This document shows positions 39,200-52,200 of a stretch of DNA of 64,000 bases, piece by piece. The notes under the pieces were generated by a model. That model was not told where the DNA came from. It searched no databases and saw nothing but the letters and a program-made list of their open reading frames with translations. The DNA is from Raillietiella orientalis (lineage: Eukaryota). The stretch spans positions 3,038,001 through 3,102,000 of the forward strand of contig JAYWIR010000019.1 in NCBI GenBank assembly GCA_036172245.1, read 5' to 3'. The position numbers were made by a program, and so were the translations under genes. Position 1 is the stretch's first letter, and every line of letters begins with the position of its first letter.

Positions 39200-41850
39200 A
39201 GGCGAAACATTAATCAGCAGTCTTAACGTCCCAAATTTTTAAGTCAGCAGCGAGCAAAGGCTGAGTAACATGGCAGCAGGAGAATGGACGTCTCTTGCAT
39301 GTATGAGTGCGCTGGTCCCTTGCATCTGGGAATCTCCCGTTCTGTCCGTACGTTCCCTGACTCGAATCGAGGCGGCTTTCCCTTGGAACCTCCAAAAATG
39401 TGAACGCCCTTAACGTGACTCGAGGTCCAAGATTATTATGCCATCCCTGCGTTGGCGCACCGAGTTCCCAGGAACGAAGAAGAAGAAAGCAAAATCCGTG
39501 ATCCAAAATCCATTGGAACCGATCGAGGCAAAACCAAAGCGATGAAAGACACCTCGAGGTTTATCTTAAGGATACTGGAAGGATCCGTCCACCTTGACGT
39601 GAGTGGTTCAGGTGAGATCTTCAGCTTTCGAGACGCGACGCGGAGATCAACGCCTAATGCTCCCGGGCATTTCCCCATCCTGCACACCGAAATGCTGCAT
39701 TTCGGGGTGCGGCATGACGCGCACCAACTTCAAAAAAAGAGCCGGAAACTTCAGTTGTCCCGAATTTCTTTCAGAAAGCCTTGATGAGCTTACAACTGCT
39801 GACACCAATCTGGAGAACCAGCGATGGTACGGGATCTGACTTCTCCATCTAAAAGTGGCACCACGTTCAAAATATCAGGAGGGCTGACCGACGTTCCAGA
39901 TGCCTTCTTTGAATCACCACGCTTCCTGTTTCAGTGTGTGCTGGGGGCAATTTCCACGTGCGGTGTTGCGAGCCGTGAGTCTTTTGAAAACCCGGATTTT
40001 TTCTTGCATCACAAGGCGACGCATGTGCGGCTTTTGTCGCTGCAAGGGATCTAGCTAGTGTTCCCTCTGCCTTTCCTCTTTTCTTTCTTGACGGCATTAA
40101 TGTCCTTGGTGCTATAATCTGATAAGTGATGCCACCTGGTCCTACCAATCTATCCTTCCCTGGATGCGCGCACTCTCAGCTAGGAGCAGCTGTTCCTCGT
40201 TTCCTAGCGGCAGCATGTAAAGAATTCCGTAAGAAATTCATCTTCGTTAAAATTGTTCAGTGATTCCGAGGAATCGCTAAGAGAAATCCTCCGGAACGCG
40301 CTGCAGCCGCGAAGCGTCTCGTTACCACACGCAACAAGGCCATGAGGAACACTTGGAATGCAAAGAACCAGAGGCGAAAAAACAGCACATGCCTTCTTGT
40401 GTACCTGACATTTGGAGCGCATGGTCCAGACAAATCGAATCTGAAACTAATCCAGGCACTCAGTCGCACTGGTCCTAGGGTCTACTGAGGAACTCGTGTT
40501 TGGTTGCAGATGATGCTGGACTGACCAAATGCACGATCACTCTCTTGGCTAAATTATGGAAACAGCGTTCCTGCCGAGGTATCCAGAATGATCGTGAGGG
40601 CTGCGCGGAGGAAGAGACTGATGTGAGCAAGACATTTCCTCTCACTGGTGAAACGGAAACAAACGACCGGGCATGCAAGCATCCCGAACCAAGGAATACT
40701 TCCGGATGTGTTGTCTTCTCGAAGAGATGCGTGTGTGTTGGAACTCGCATTTGCCGCATGAGAACTTGGACTTTTTTTTAGAAAACAAAGACAAAATGCG
40801 ATGGAAAGATGAGAGCTACTGAAAAATGAACTTTTCCGTGTTGTGCAGTCGGTCCCACGGTGTCGTAGGAAAGCTCAAGTGCTGCGATCGGGTCACAGTT
40901 CAACGCTTCTCGCATACTTTGGACCTATGAATGGAGAATGCTAAGAACGAGGGACGCAAGAGCAATGGGTATCTTGAGCGCATGGTCAGAGTCGTCCTCT
41001 ATCACTACATCACGCATTCCAGGAGCACGGAAGCATCCCGGAACCGAAAGAGCAAGAAAATTTAGATGAGTTTTCATGTACATGACTGGATTCACGATGT
41101 AAAAAGCAGGAGAATCGGAGTCGGAAAAGCCGTATACCTCGAGGTCCCCTGTCGTCCAGAATAAACCAAGGGTAGCACATCTCACACTCCGTAATACAGA
41201 AATCAAGACACACACACACACACAGCATGTGCAAAAGGGTTTAGAGAAGTTAAGATTCTCCAGCCACCATCTCATGGGACCACCAATGACTCATGCTAGA
41301 ATTATTCCACGATGGAATACGCTTACGTTTCGCAGTATCAGAGAAGTAAGCCACGCAGGAAGGCATCGGGGGAATCTGCGACAGCAAAAATCCGCCAGTT
41401 TTATAAGGGAAATTTGACAGCGAAAGGAGTTCTCGGCGTGTGTGAAAGCAACTAGACAGGGAGGTTCTGTTCGCCATCACGCTGGAGACGAGCTCTTGAA
41501 ACAGCACGCCCCACGAGTGGAAAGGAACACGCTCCAGGAACCTGAGAAAAGGAGCAGAACCCATGACCGAGGAGCACGGAAGAGAAGATGTTCCGGTAGA
41601 CAGGAGTTGCTTTCATACGCGTGGCGACCATCAGCGTGGGAGACCTTGGCAGGAAGAGGAGTGTCTTCCCGAACTTCGAGGGGGTGTACCCATTGTACGA
41701 GCCACTAATCCCAAGCCAACGTGAAATTCCGATCGGGTGCGCAAGATGACCACAGAGGGACAGGCCGCTCGCTGGCACCACTGGAAGCGGGTGTCTAGCG
41801 GTGCCACTCACATAGGAAGGGAGCCCTTGTTTCCTGCAGGAAATGTGATG
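39200..41850 (-). mobile_element. L1/Tx1-like ORF2 relic (RT to post-RT), interrupted
   Basis: VYRNIFSSV...GSAPF (LY....SSV..NG..S.PF) near 41570, GYLG near 40575, RLWFFA near 40360 and ARSGGFLL near 40290, in the correct order. Confidence 0.5.
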
Positions 41851-42670
41851 ATGTCAAGACGGGAAAATTTATAGCTCAATCATGGAGAAGTTTTGCTTCT
41901 GCATTAAGAGCTCCCAACGGTGACGGAAGTCAGCAACAACCCAGACGGCTTTCATCCAAGTTATTACCGATCTCGTCATCATCTGAGACGCAAACTGTGA
42001 ATCAAATATTACTGTGAGCTGTTTCCTGCAAACCGTTTCCTAAAAAAGTAAAAAAAAAAAAAAATGCGTCCTGATAAAATACAATGCTCACTACTCACTT
42101 GATGCACATACGTGTACGGTACGTGAGGTAAGAGACACGAATGGAAGGAACCGCAGCGTAATACGAGTATTCGCCGCTGCGTACTCGTTCCACTCGCCTA
42201 ACACCTCGAATTCATTATCTGTGGTCAATACGAATTTGAGGGAATCTGAAACTACGTCAAAAAAAAAAAAAAGATTCAAAGTGTCCCCTCTCGTGATCCC
42301 GGGCTATACAGTAAGGCGAGGTTCGGGCTCCGAAATCTAAAATATGCTTTCACATTCCCGGTCGACTCCCCCTGCCATCCTCGAATTCACATCCTCTGCT
42401 TTCTCGTCTTCATCCAGCAGCAGTGTTTGTCTTCTTTGATGGGGGAAAAATTGCTTTCTATTCGGGTTGCTACACCGGAGCAATGAAAACAGATCGAAAA
42501 TCCACTATTTGATGCATTTGGTAGGATACTGTTAGAAGATCTGTGCACGGATCATGGACCTTCGATTACCTGTCACGATGGATTCTGATAGAAACGATAA
42601 AAGTCTGCTACTTCACTGGGAACGCTCCCTTTTGGCTGTGTGCTGCACTGCTTAATGATCCCGTTTTTAC

Positions 42671-42755
42671 TTTCCGCGATCGCATGAACAGAGTGGATTA
42701 GCAACCTTAGTGTCATCATTTGTAAGAGCAAAAAGTAAATGTGCACCTTCAGCAT
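42671..42755 (-). CDS. Candidate signal-peptide exon A of the beat gene
   Basis: MLKVHIYFLLLQMMTLRLLIHSVHAIAE followed by A|gtaaaa. Phase 1 joins 34650 in frame (A+AG=Lys), and VHA is a plausible cleavage site. The donor and start context are weak. Confidence 0.3.
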
Positions 42756-44599
42756 GGAAGCGGCTGGCTGGCAACGATAAGTGACACTTTGTACCAATCC
42801 TCGAGCACCCCGGAATAATTCTACGATGATTCTAAATCATATCGTCTCTTTGAAAGCGCATTTTCAGGCAATAAACCATGGACGGGGGCCGAGTTACCAA
42901 AGGAAGGCTTTTGTGAAGCCGGCAGGGGAAAACTTCTAGAAGGATTCTCCAAAAGTTTCCTGTGCATTATGTGGCGCGAACAAAGCACGTTCGAAGATCA
43001 TTTTGTGGTGGATCCATCTGTAGTTCTCTAAAGTGCACAGTGCCTCCGTGTGCCGTGCTTATATCTTTGTTTATTTTTTTTCCATTTTTTCCTTTCCTGG
43101 TTCTTTATTCGTTCTCATTTCCAAAGATAATTCTTTGAATCTTCCGATTCTTCTGCACCGGTGCTTCTCCAAATGATTTCTAGGATGGATGCTTATTCTG
43201 ATGCTATGGGACGGCGTGCGGAAACATCAAAACACAGATCCTTTCTCATTACCAAGGCACACAGAGTTCACATGGAACGTCAAAACACTCAAGATCAGAT
43301 TATCAATAAAAGCACGGAAGAATGAAGAAGAATAGAAGCGAAACTCTCCAGAAAGTGAAAATCAGAAGGTTCCCGCAGCTGTGTTCCCTGTGGAATGCAA
43401 AAGATGTCATTGATGCAGCTGCAGCAGCGATTCCATTTGATGGGGAAGTCCACGAAAAATATTGCAACAGGAAAATGGAAAATTACTGAACATTTTTTTT
43501 TTTTTTATTTTTTAGAAGAAAACTTGCGTGTAGTTCTCGATATTACATTTATCTGAAGTCATTTTGTCCATCTCGATTTGAACAACATTTCTCTGATTCA
43601 CATTAAAGTTCTCGATAAAATAATGCAAACTATAGCAATTCCCATAATGAAGACTATTCCGTATTGAATTTGTCGATTACCAATAATTTTTATATTCCCT
43701 TTGAAGAATAACTGGTGTCGACGTTAGCTTTCGAGGTCGCTGCATCGCACTACCTGAGAAATCCATCGATATACTCTGATTCTATGAAGAACAGAAGGGC
43801 GGAACTTGAAAAACGAAGAATTTTCAAGCTCCGAACAGAAGTCACGTCAGGATCTAGTAGAAATGCCACGTCTGTGTTTCCAGCAGCTATGGTTACCTCA
43901 AAAATCCCATCGAGGAAGGAAACTGTTAAAGCCACTGTCCAGCTGCAAGGTTGGCAAAAAATAAGTTTTCGGGGTTTTGTCTGCTCGTATTTGCCATGAC
44001 GTGCCCGTCGGCCTTTGCTGCCTTTTCTCTCAATTAAGCTTCTCTTGTTTTCGGAAGGAAGGGGTCATCGTATTCGTGGTGCGGCTTCCCACCTCCTGGG
44101 ATCCCTGTCCTTAGCATTTCGGCTTCTTACGATGTCACATGTGGAACGACCATTCATCCAGAGACGGATCGTCACAGGCGCTACTATTTCAAAGAGAGCT
44201 TCTTCTTCCATCAATTTTAATTCATCACTGAACATGTTGAATCCTCAGTCTTTCAAAGACCTCTGCAGCGGCAAGTTCATTCGATTTTAGTGAAAACAGC
44301 GGCTGTGAGAGGAAACTCTTCGAAATTTCCGCCATCTTGTTGCCGTGCTCTCTGAGAGCTGAATCGTCCTGGACGGTGACCCAGTGCATGTGTCTGCTAA
44401 TGCTGGATGTCGACGCACACTACTACCTTCCTCTTCGTGTTCCCCGCCTGCATGCGAGAGATGTCGAGTTCTCTAAACGCCCCCGAACTCTCGAGCACTT
44501 GGCCAGCGAACAGGAAGTACCCACTTTCCCACATTTGACCTTCCTTTGCTGTACTTCCCTCAAATGCTGCTGAAGCTCCCCTCCCCCTTTCACACACAC

Positions 44600-45400
44600 A
44601 CACGGGCAGCCGATATCGAGTACAATGACTCGACCTTTCGTCCTGGAGCAGCCCTGGACCGTTCGGAGGTTTGGTTCTTGTCCCAGGATTGGTTGGTGCG
44701 AGGTCACAAGCTTCCATTCCCCTCTACTCGCTTCCTTGATTTGAGTGACCACAGGTGGTCACATCTCTTCGTAACGAAACTGGAATTCCTCACTCAGCGA
44801 TAGGGGAAGCACGTCAGCGTTCCCTTTTCCCCCATTTCCGATCCGATTTCGAGGACCTCCCTACACTTTTACCTCATAGCTTCTTGAGAGTACTTCTCTC
44901 ACTGGCGAGTGTAGGAAACCGTACCCGGAGAGCCGCAGGTAAGTCCACGGTATGCAAGAATTGGCTGAGCGCATGACCTCGTTCAACTCAAGACCTGTCC
45001 TTTCCCCCAGTGTATATTTGCTCCTCATATGTTTGCAAAGGTGAAATCTCCGAGTGTTACGTCGAGTTCACCATCTTCGGGCTCCCAAATATTCGGTGCA
45101 CTTGCGGCTCCAAGCTGCGCGCGTTCTTTCTCTGTTTGGTCATCTGCAGAAAAGGCTGGCATCACCCTGCCATCACAAACTTCGGATCCCAATCATCTCA
45201 CTAGAAAATTGAAGAGTTTTCAGAGATTCGTAGACTGAAAGGTGTGTCCTTTCAGGATGTTTGTATTCAGGACATGGTGTGCTTCGGGGAACTGGGATTC
45301 GATTCGTCCGGGTTCTCTCGTGAAAGGTCAGATTCTTTGCCTGGTGTGGTGGCTCACTTGAGTGCCAAACTCGAGAGCAGCTGGAGTCAGCCTGAGAGCT
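44600..45400 (+). mobile_element. LINE ORF1-like relic
   Basis: GWCEVT, VEFTIFGLP and VKGQILCLV (knuckle-like) in order. Weak. Confidence 0.3.
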
Positions 45401-46939
45401 GGCGATTTCCGGATAGATGAAGGGTGTAGTGACGTCATGCCTCCCGTAATCAGCAGACTTACTGAAAAATCCTCTTCAGCAATTTCCGAGGTTGGCTATC
45501 TCACAAATGCCCCCACCGGAAGAGATCCGATTTTCAATACGGAGAATCTATATTGAACTCTCTTTGAAAATCAGTTTCCAAAACTCTTCCCCTCTATTTA
45601 TGACTCGCTTTGAAGCTTTGGTTTCCTTTTTCTTTTTTCTGGTTGAATCTCGGCAAAGGAGATTTTCTGGCTTCCTTGAGAGCGCTCGACAATTTTCCTA
45701 ATTTTTCCGCTGCTGAATCCAGGAGGAGCTCAAAGAGACTTTGCATTCCTTCAAGCTCCCCTGCTGTCTTCGAGTTTGAATGCTTAAATGGTACTGGGAA
45801 ATAGTAATATCTGACTTTGTTCCAAGAGGCCTGGGAGATGCATCTTTTGCATTCCGCCAAATGGGCGACACACGACACCTAGCAGAAGTCGTTGTCTCAG
45901 ACACAGGTGCTCTACTATTACATTACACAGTTTCATGAGGAAACTGTCATCGGGCCAGTTGGAGAGAACGATGCATCCTGGAGTGACACAATTGCATCCT
46001 CATTTGTCCCCTCGTTCATAGGCTCCCAGGATGACTTAGGTCTTACTTAGGTCCACTGACATTTTGGGAAAGTTTCCCAAGCTGCAGAGTGTGACCATAG
46101 AAATACAGGAACATTATTCACAGCCGAAACCTGGTGACAGAAGCGTGTCACTGATCTCATCCAGAAGGAGAACGTGTTCTCACGTTTCCATTAGCACGCC
46201 ATCGTCCATTAAGAGGAGATTTTTCCATATTACTCTTGCATGTGATTAACTGTGATCCCGGTTAATTCTACTATAATCTGCGACCGGAAACACTCTACGC
46301 TTGCTTCGCTTTGCCGAATAAATCACTCCGAAGAGGACCATCAGATCTGAGCTACAGGAGTAGCGAACAAGATGATGGTTTGTGTGTGTATGTGTATGTG
46401 CGAGTTCGGAGCACCGTAGCCCTTGTCCTCGAAATCTCCGATGCGTCTCCTCTACACCTTGCTTCCCGTTTCAGGACAAATTCTGTTTCGAATGGATCTT
46501 TTTTGTGTGCTGTTCATAAGAAGCCCCTTAGAAAAAAAGTAGCTGCTCGGATTGCTTCCAATCTTCTGGTAACGCTCATGAACGCTGCAGTCTCGCGAAA
46601 AGTGGCTTTCCCGGAGAGGGAAATTCCCATTTTAGAAAAGAGAAGTCGCGCATTTTGAGAACCGCAGAGTATTCGCATGTTTCGGAATGTCAAAAAATGT
46701 CCTACAGATCAAAAACATTCGATTCTTTCACTCCTCTCTCCGGCTTCCCAAGTTCGTGGAATCACGTGTTTTTTTTTTTTGCAAACGGCGGAAGGCTTCA
46801 CACGAATCCCTATTTGGTTTGCCGACACTAAATCCTGAACCATCACGTATGACTTATCTGCATTCCCAGAAGAAAAAATGTGAGCGCCGCTATAAAAGAA
46901 ACGCGAAGATAGTTGGCCTAATGATGGTAAGGGGTCCGA

Positions 46940-48900
46940 GGTAGCTCTGTGGCAACCGGCGAATGCTCCAAATGTGCGGGGGGAACCACAAGCATCTCCC
47001 GAAGTGCATGCCAGTGTCAGTACGATCACCGATCGTCAGTGTATGTCCGGGCTGCATTGCACGTTCTTCGTGGATGAGAGCGAATCAATCTGGATCGGGT
47101 TTTCCATCAACCAAAAAAACTCACATAGAAAAAAAAAAAAAAAAAAAACTTTCGGAAGAATTTCACTTCACATTTCTTTGCATGGGCGAAGGAAGATCTT
47201 CTTACGGTGGAGCCTTGGCGAGTGACCATTAGGGTGCATTCTGCAGTCCACTATTCTCACTGCAAGGAATCGATACAGTGCGAGAGCGGCGCTGAAGAAG
47301 CGATAGCAATTTCCCAATTTTCAGGAGCAAAGCTAAGATCCGATTTCCTGAAATGCGCATCCAGATGAATTCATAAGAGATCGAAATCTCGATAAATCGT
47401 GATGTATCAACTGAGCAGTGTGAATGCTCCGCTTTCAGATGCTGCACGTAGGAACCCTCGAATGCCATTGGATACCGCGGCATCCTCCGACTTGTGAACT
47501 GTGTGAAGAAGAGGTGCCTTTTGTCGAAAGCGTCAGTAGGTCCGCAATCGGGTTCCATCACACAAAGGCAGCACTGACCTCTAAGGAGAGCATAAGGCAG
47601 CCAGCCGGAGAAGATGCTGGCTGCAGGGAAGACGCGGCTAACTAAGAAATAAAAACACCATTGGGTGCCACTTAGGTTCGGATAGGTCAGTTAATAACTT
47701 CTTGATTCCGTCTCGCCATCGAGAGTTGGAACCCTTAGAAATCAACCTCCTGTTTTTATTGCATGTAAGAAAGGTTGAAAGGACTCCCCATTCCTTGCTT
47801 GACTACTGCAGCAATTTCTGGCGTATCATTTAATTGATTCGTTTCAGCCATGTCCAGTGGAGTTTTTTATATATATTTTTTCCGTGATCATTTCGATTAT
47901 TTCCCATGAATCCGCCACTCTGTTTTTGCTTATGCGAGTGCCTATGTGTGCTTGCGTGCATGTGTGTGGTTTCGTAAATGAGGATGCACCCCGATTTTCC
48001 ACCGCTTTGAGACAGCTTGCAGCATTTTTCTCCAAGCTGTTCCGTTCGGCACATCTTGTGTCTTCAGACCGAGCCGAGAAACGATTTCCTGCCAAGAGGA
48101 AGCAAAGAGTTCCTCGAGTTTCCATTTCCGCATTTTCGGCTCGCCATCCGATTTTTCCAGCCTGTAGGGCTGACCTCGGTGATTCGCTTTCAGTGATTTC
48201 CGATTTCTCCGACCGCTGAAGGTCGCTAAACGCCAGCTCAACTTTTACGCCAGTTGCACTTTGGAACGAGACCGATCCAACTCCGAAGTTGGAACGTGAA
48301 GGTGGATGTTGCAGTGCCTGGAGCGCTTCCATAGAATCAAAATCCACTACAATTTCAATGCCGGTGTTTGGCGAACGAATGCCTTTGGTGCAAAGATGTC
48401 ACGTGTGTTCCAGTAATGATCGCCGCCCGACGTGAGCTCCGGGAAACGAAATTCACTGTGATTCGTACAGATTCACTCTCACCACGGACAGCCATGCCCA
48501 CTGAAGCCACGCCATACCTGTTTGATCCTGTAGTCCCAGAAGAACGACAAACAGATAGGTCTCCCAGACGTTAAGAAGGCGGAAAACTTTACTGCTGCCC
48601 ATCGTCATCCGTTCCTTCGGTTGCTGCGGTGACCTTAGTCTCATGGATCATCCATCCAGCCATGAGCACAAATCCTTCCGAGCAGTTCCAACAGAACTTC
48701 CCTGCTCTGATCCAAGCAAACGCAACGCCAAACGCATACACTCGAGAACGTAGATCGTCTGTCACATCCGCGTCCGTACTACCGAGTGGATGTTGTGCGT
48801 GCGTATCTCAGCTCTAGGCATGATCAGAGATACTCGATGTAGTGAGCACAGTATCGATCGAACGGTGATTCATACCCCGCTTCACTCCTGCACAAGGAAC
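46940..48900 (+). mobile_element. LINE relic: ORF1 knuckle plus APE endonuclease
   Basis: CSKC/GGNH near 46965, then LRSWNV (48281), LRETKF (about 48440), CCGDLS (about 48625) and GDSYP (about 48865). These match SWNV/LQET/GDFN/SDH in order. Confidence 0.6.
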
Positions 48901-49104
48901 ATTTTGCTCGCCTTAATAAGAGTGCTAGCGGATGTCCCCGGGCAGGAGCATACGTTTATCGGTGGCGAAGATCAGTAAACCGTGCAGCTGATCAATGAGC
49001 GAGCGGAAACAAAGCAGACGACCATTAAAACCTTCTAGATCCCTTTACGATCTTCGTTGCATTGAGCCGCCGTTGTTGCAGTTTCAGATATAGAGAATAT
49101 ATGC

Positions 49105-49124
49105 ATATATATATATATATATAT
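49105..49124. repeat. (AT)10 microsatellite
   Basis: Read directly from the sequence. Confidence 0.9.
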
Positions 49125-49149
49125 AAAGCCCACGCCTGATGGTTCTTCT

Positions 49150-49560
49150 GCCTTCTGCTTATCCTTTGGCAGATGTAGTGAGCGGAAAAAATATTCGCCA
49201 CGGAGGGAAAGCCGTGGTCCCTGCCTCCTCTTACACGCCATGGAGGATGTTCCATCCGCTCGAATGAGATGAACCCCGGGCACCTATTCGGGAGCTGTAG
49301 AGCCGCCGACTAGGGAGGCCTCCCGAATGCGATGCAACGGCCGGGGGAACGTGGGGAGACACCCACCCCACGCTCGTTCCGTTCATGATCGTGTGTGAAC
49401 ACGGTCCGAGGTCCATCCCAACTGCCGCTCCGGGAACTGGTTCCCCAGTGCCGCCGCGTCGACTCCGCTTTGCATACAGGAACTCGGCTGCCCCGCTGGT
49501 AAACCCAGGGATGGAGGGTGGCGTTCTTCGGAAACCAGACCCTCGTTACCATTTTCGATA
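49150..49560 (-). mobile_element. GC-rich LINE ORF1-like relic
   Basis: SVGWVSPHVPPAV resembles the V.WVP..VP segment of L1/Tx1-type ORF1. Weak. Confidence 0.3.
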
Positions 49561-50949
49561 ACATGCAAGCTGCTGTTGCGTTTGGATGTCACCTCGCCGC
49601 TCGTAAATGGAAAGCGTCATCTACGTCACAGGATGATCCGTGAAGAAGAGGAATCGTTTCGATCCTTCATCAAGCATGAAGAGTGCTTCGGGATAATTTT
49701 ACAAGCTCGTGCTTCGGGTCAAGCGAGGAGAAGGAGAAAGCCAATCGATATGCCTTTTTTCTAGACACGCTGCTAAAAATGAGAGCAGGTAATAAACGCA
49801 TATCGAGAAAAACACAAAGGAAACCATGCGGCGGCAGTGCTGCCATCTCAAGCCAACTTGAAGTTGACTGTTTAATTCTTCCCCACGACCTTTTGGATGG
49901 TGGCTGAGCACCATGCAGAGTATCATGTCATTAGTAACGAAGTAATCAAGAAGATCTTCTGTAAGGAATTCCAGACGAAGGTTGACTCCTTAAGAGCAGT
50001 GTTTACATTTTGGAATTCCCTGTGATTGCTGATTCTGATTAATGATGCTCCGCATTCTTTTCGGATTAATGCTGTTTGCCTTTTGCGTTGGTCTTGTTTG
50101 AGCTGCTTCGGTTTCACCTATTCAGTTAAGAATCCGTTTCTAATGAGATGCCACTGCGCTCTGGAATTCTGGATTTTTCGCGGGGACAGGGATGCTGCTG
50201 CGCAATCCTTCTGAATCCACTTCGTTCCATGTATTTTTTTTTTTTTTCCTCTTTTTTGCTTCTCACTCCCAAACACGGGATTGGGCTGTGCAGTGGCCCA
50301 TCGCATCCACCGTGATGCGGCCACGAGTTCACCTCAGAGCACCAATTCCAGGAGCTCAGAGTATGACGTCCGCAAAGGGCCTCTGTAAAATACGTGCTTC
50401 CGACACGCCCCCCCTCTCCCATTTCAGAATGAAGCCTTTCCCGGAATTGAGCTTCTCCGTAATTTCGGTCAATTCGAAATTCGGTCTTTTCAATTCGGTA
50501 TGGGAGCAAAAAGGGATACCTTCCGTTTCTCGCGTTTGATACTCGTGCTCGTCTCCAAGCAACCGGAAGGAGCGCCGCACTTGTTTGCGACTGGTTCTCA
50601 CAGCCCTGCTAGTAGTGCTGGGCAACGTCACCGGACTCAGCCGCTTCACTCACGAGAAGGGCACACCCCTGTCCTGTTCGAAGTTTTCTTTTCAGCTCAT
50701 GCAAGATTCCGACGCTTCCGATGCTGCGCGCTCCCAGTGAACCCGTCAGTGCCTCTGTGGAAAATCAGGTCAAAGGTGTTTCATTAACCAAATGAGCTGG
50801 GGCATATCTTAAATATTGACTCCAGTGCCGAATCAGTACGAGGCTCATAGCTTGCGCATCCGCGATCAAAAGCAAGTCAATACTGATTGAAACGATTGGC
50901 TTCGTTTGCTGATTTCATTAAGCTGACCTCTGAGTAAACCACAGTAGAT

Positions 50950-52200
50950 TGGACCAGTTTTCTACCATGCTGGAATCAGTCATCTGAAGGAATTTTCGTC
51001 ATTTATTGGTGGTGGGAATTCGATTGATGAACGTGCAGCTTTACCAGCTGCTGCAATTTGGGCTCCATGGGCTGAGCCGTTTTTCCCTGTTTGCTTGCGA
51101 GCACTCCTTGAACGACTCGGAGAATCGATCCTTCCAGCTTTTCCAGCTCCTTCTACGGTAGAGTCAGTAGGCATCATGTTCATCACTGGCGTCTTGGAAG
51201 GAGGAGTAGCAATCACTTACGTGATTATTTCTTAGCTTATTCCACCCTGCAAACGGTAATTCGACAATGTTTCTTGCAGCAATTCGTATATGTTGGCCTG
51301 CTGTTTTTTCCTCCTTTTCTATACATTCTTGCATACAAGAAACAGAGAGCTGTCCACGTGTGGATCGTGGGAATCGGAGCTCATTTTGGTTTCTCATCCT
51401 TAGATTATCTGTTGTGTCACGAAGCATGGAGCCACTCGAAGCAGCCAGGCTCAGAAAATCAGGCTGAATCGGCAGCATCCCTGATTTTCAATCATTGAAG
51501 ATTTCCTTGAAACGCGAAAATCACGATGCTCTTCTCAATGAAATTTTGAACAATCTTCAATCATCCGGTGAATGACGATCAGCGAGCTTCACCGGATGAC
51601 CTGGAAGCCCTGATACTAAAGACCAACTAATGGCTCCTTCCAGTAACTTTCGGCCATCTTGCAGACTCCAAAAAAGGAGATCCATCTGGAAACGGATGTA
51701 GGAATTTTGAAAGTCAAAGGCAAATTCCCTTTGGCCTTCTGACGAAATGATCCAGAAGCAAGCATCCAGCGCATGACTTGCAACCATGGAAAATATCCGT
51801 ATAATCCTCGTTTTAGTGCTTCTCGTGGCTAAAGAAAGCTGAGTTGGCGGGAAAGCTCCCTCACCTCCGATAACTGGTTCTTCTACTTCTGACCGTCTGC
51901 TGGTTTGTGGAGGTTCGGGACACTGACAAAGCAGCAAATTCCGGCTGGAAAAATTTCCCGAAGTTTCGTGGGCACAGGGGCAACGAGAAATTTACTCAAG
52001 GATCAAGGCTTGCTCTGTCGCTTGAACGGCTCTCTGTGAAAACATCAGGGATTTTGTTCGCACTCATGACAGGTCACGATCTGCTTTCCTCGAAACGAAC
52101 TCACACGAGCAGCTCTCTTCGAGTGCTCTGACCTACGTGTTCCTAAAAGAAGACCACGAAAACTCGCTTCTTGCAGGAGGCGCGGATTTCTCGTTGATAT
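50950..52200 (-). mobile_element. L1/Tx1-like reverse transcriptase relic
   Basis: RNLLLC (RPI.LL-like), FPPTQLSLATR (Q.GF..GR-like), AFDFQNSYIRFQMDLLFWSL (LDF.KAFD.V.W.FL) and NQGCCRFSLIF (QGCPLSP.LF) in order. Confidence 0.6.

Noticed and set aside
47597..47650. 9-bp hairpin followed by ctaa as a Helitron 3' end
   Set aside because: The stem is short, the spacing is atypical, and no 5' end or second copy was seen.
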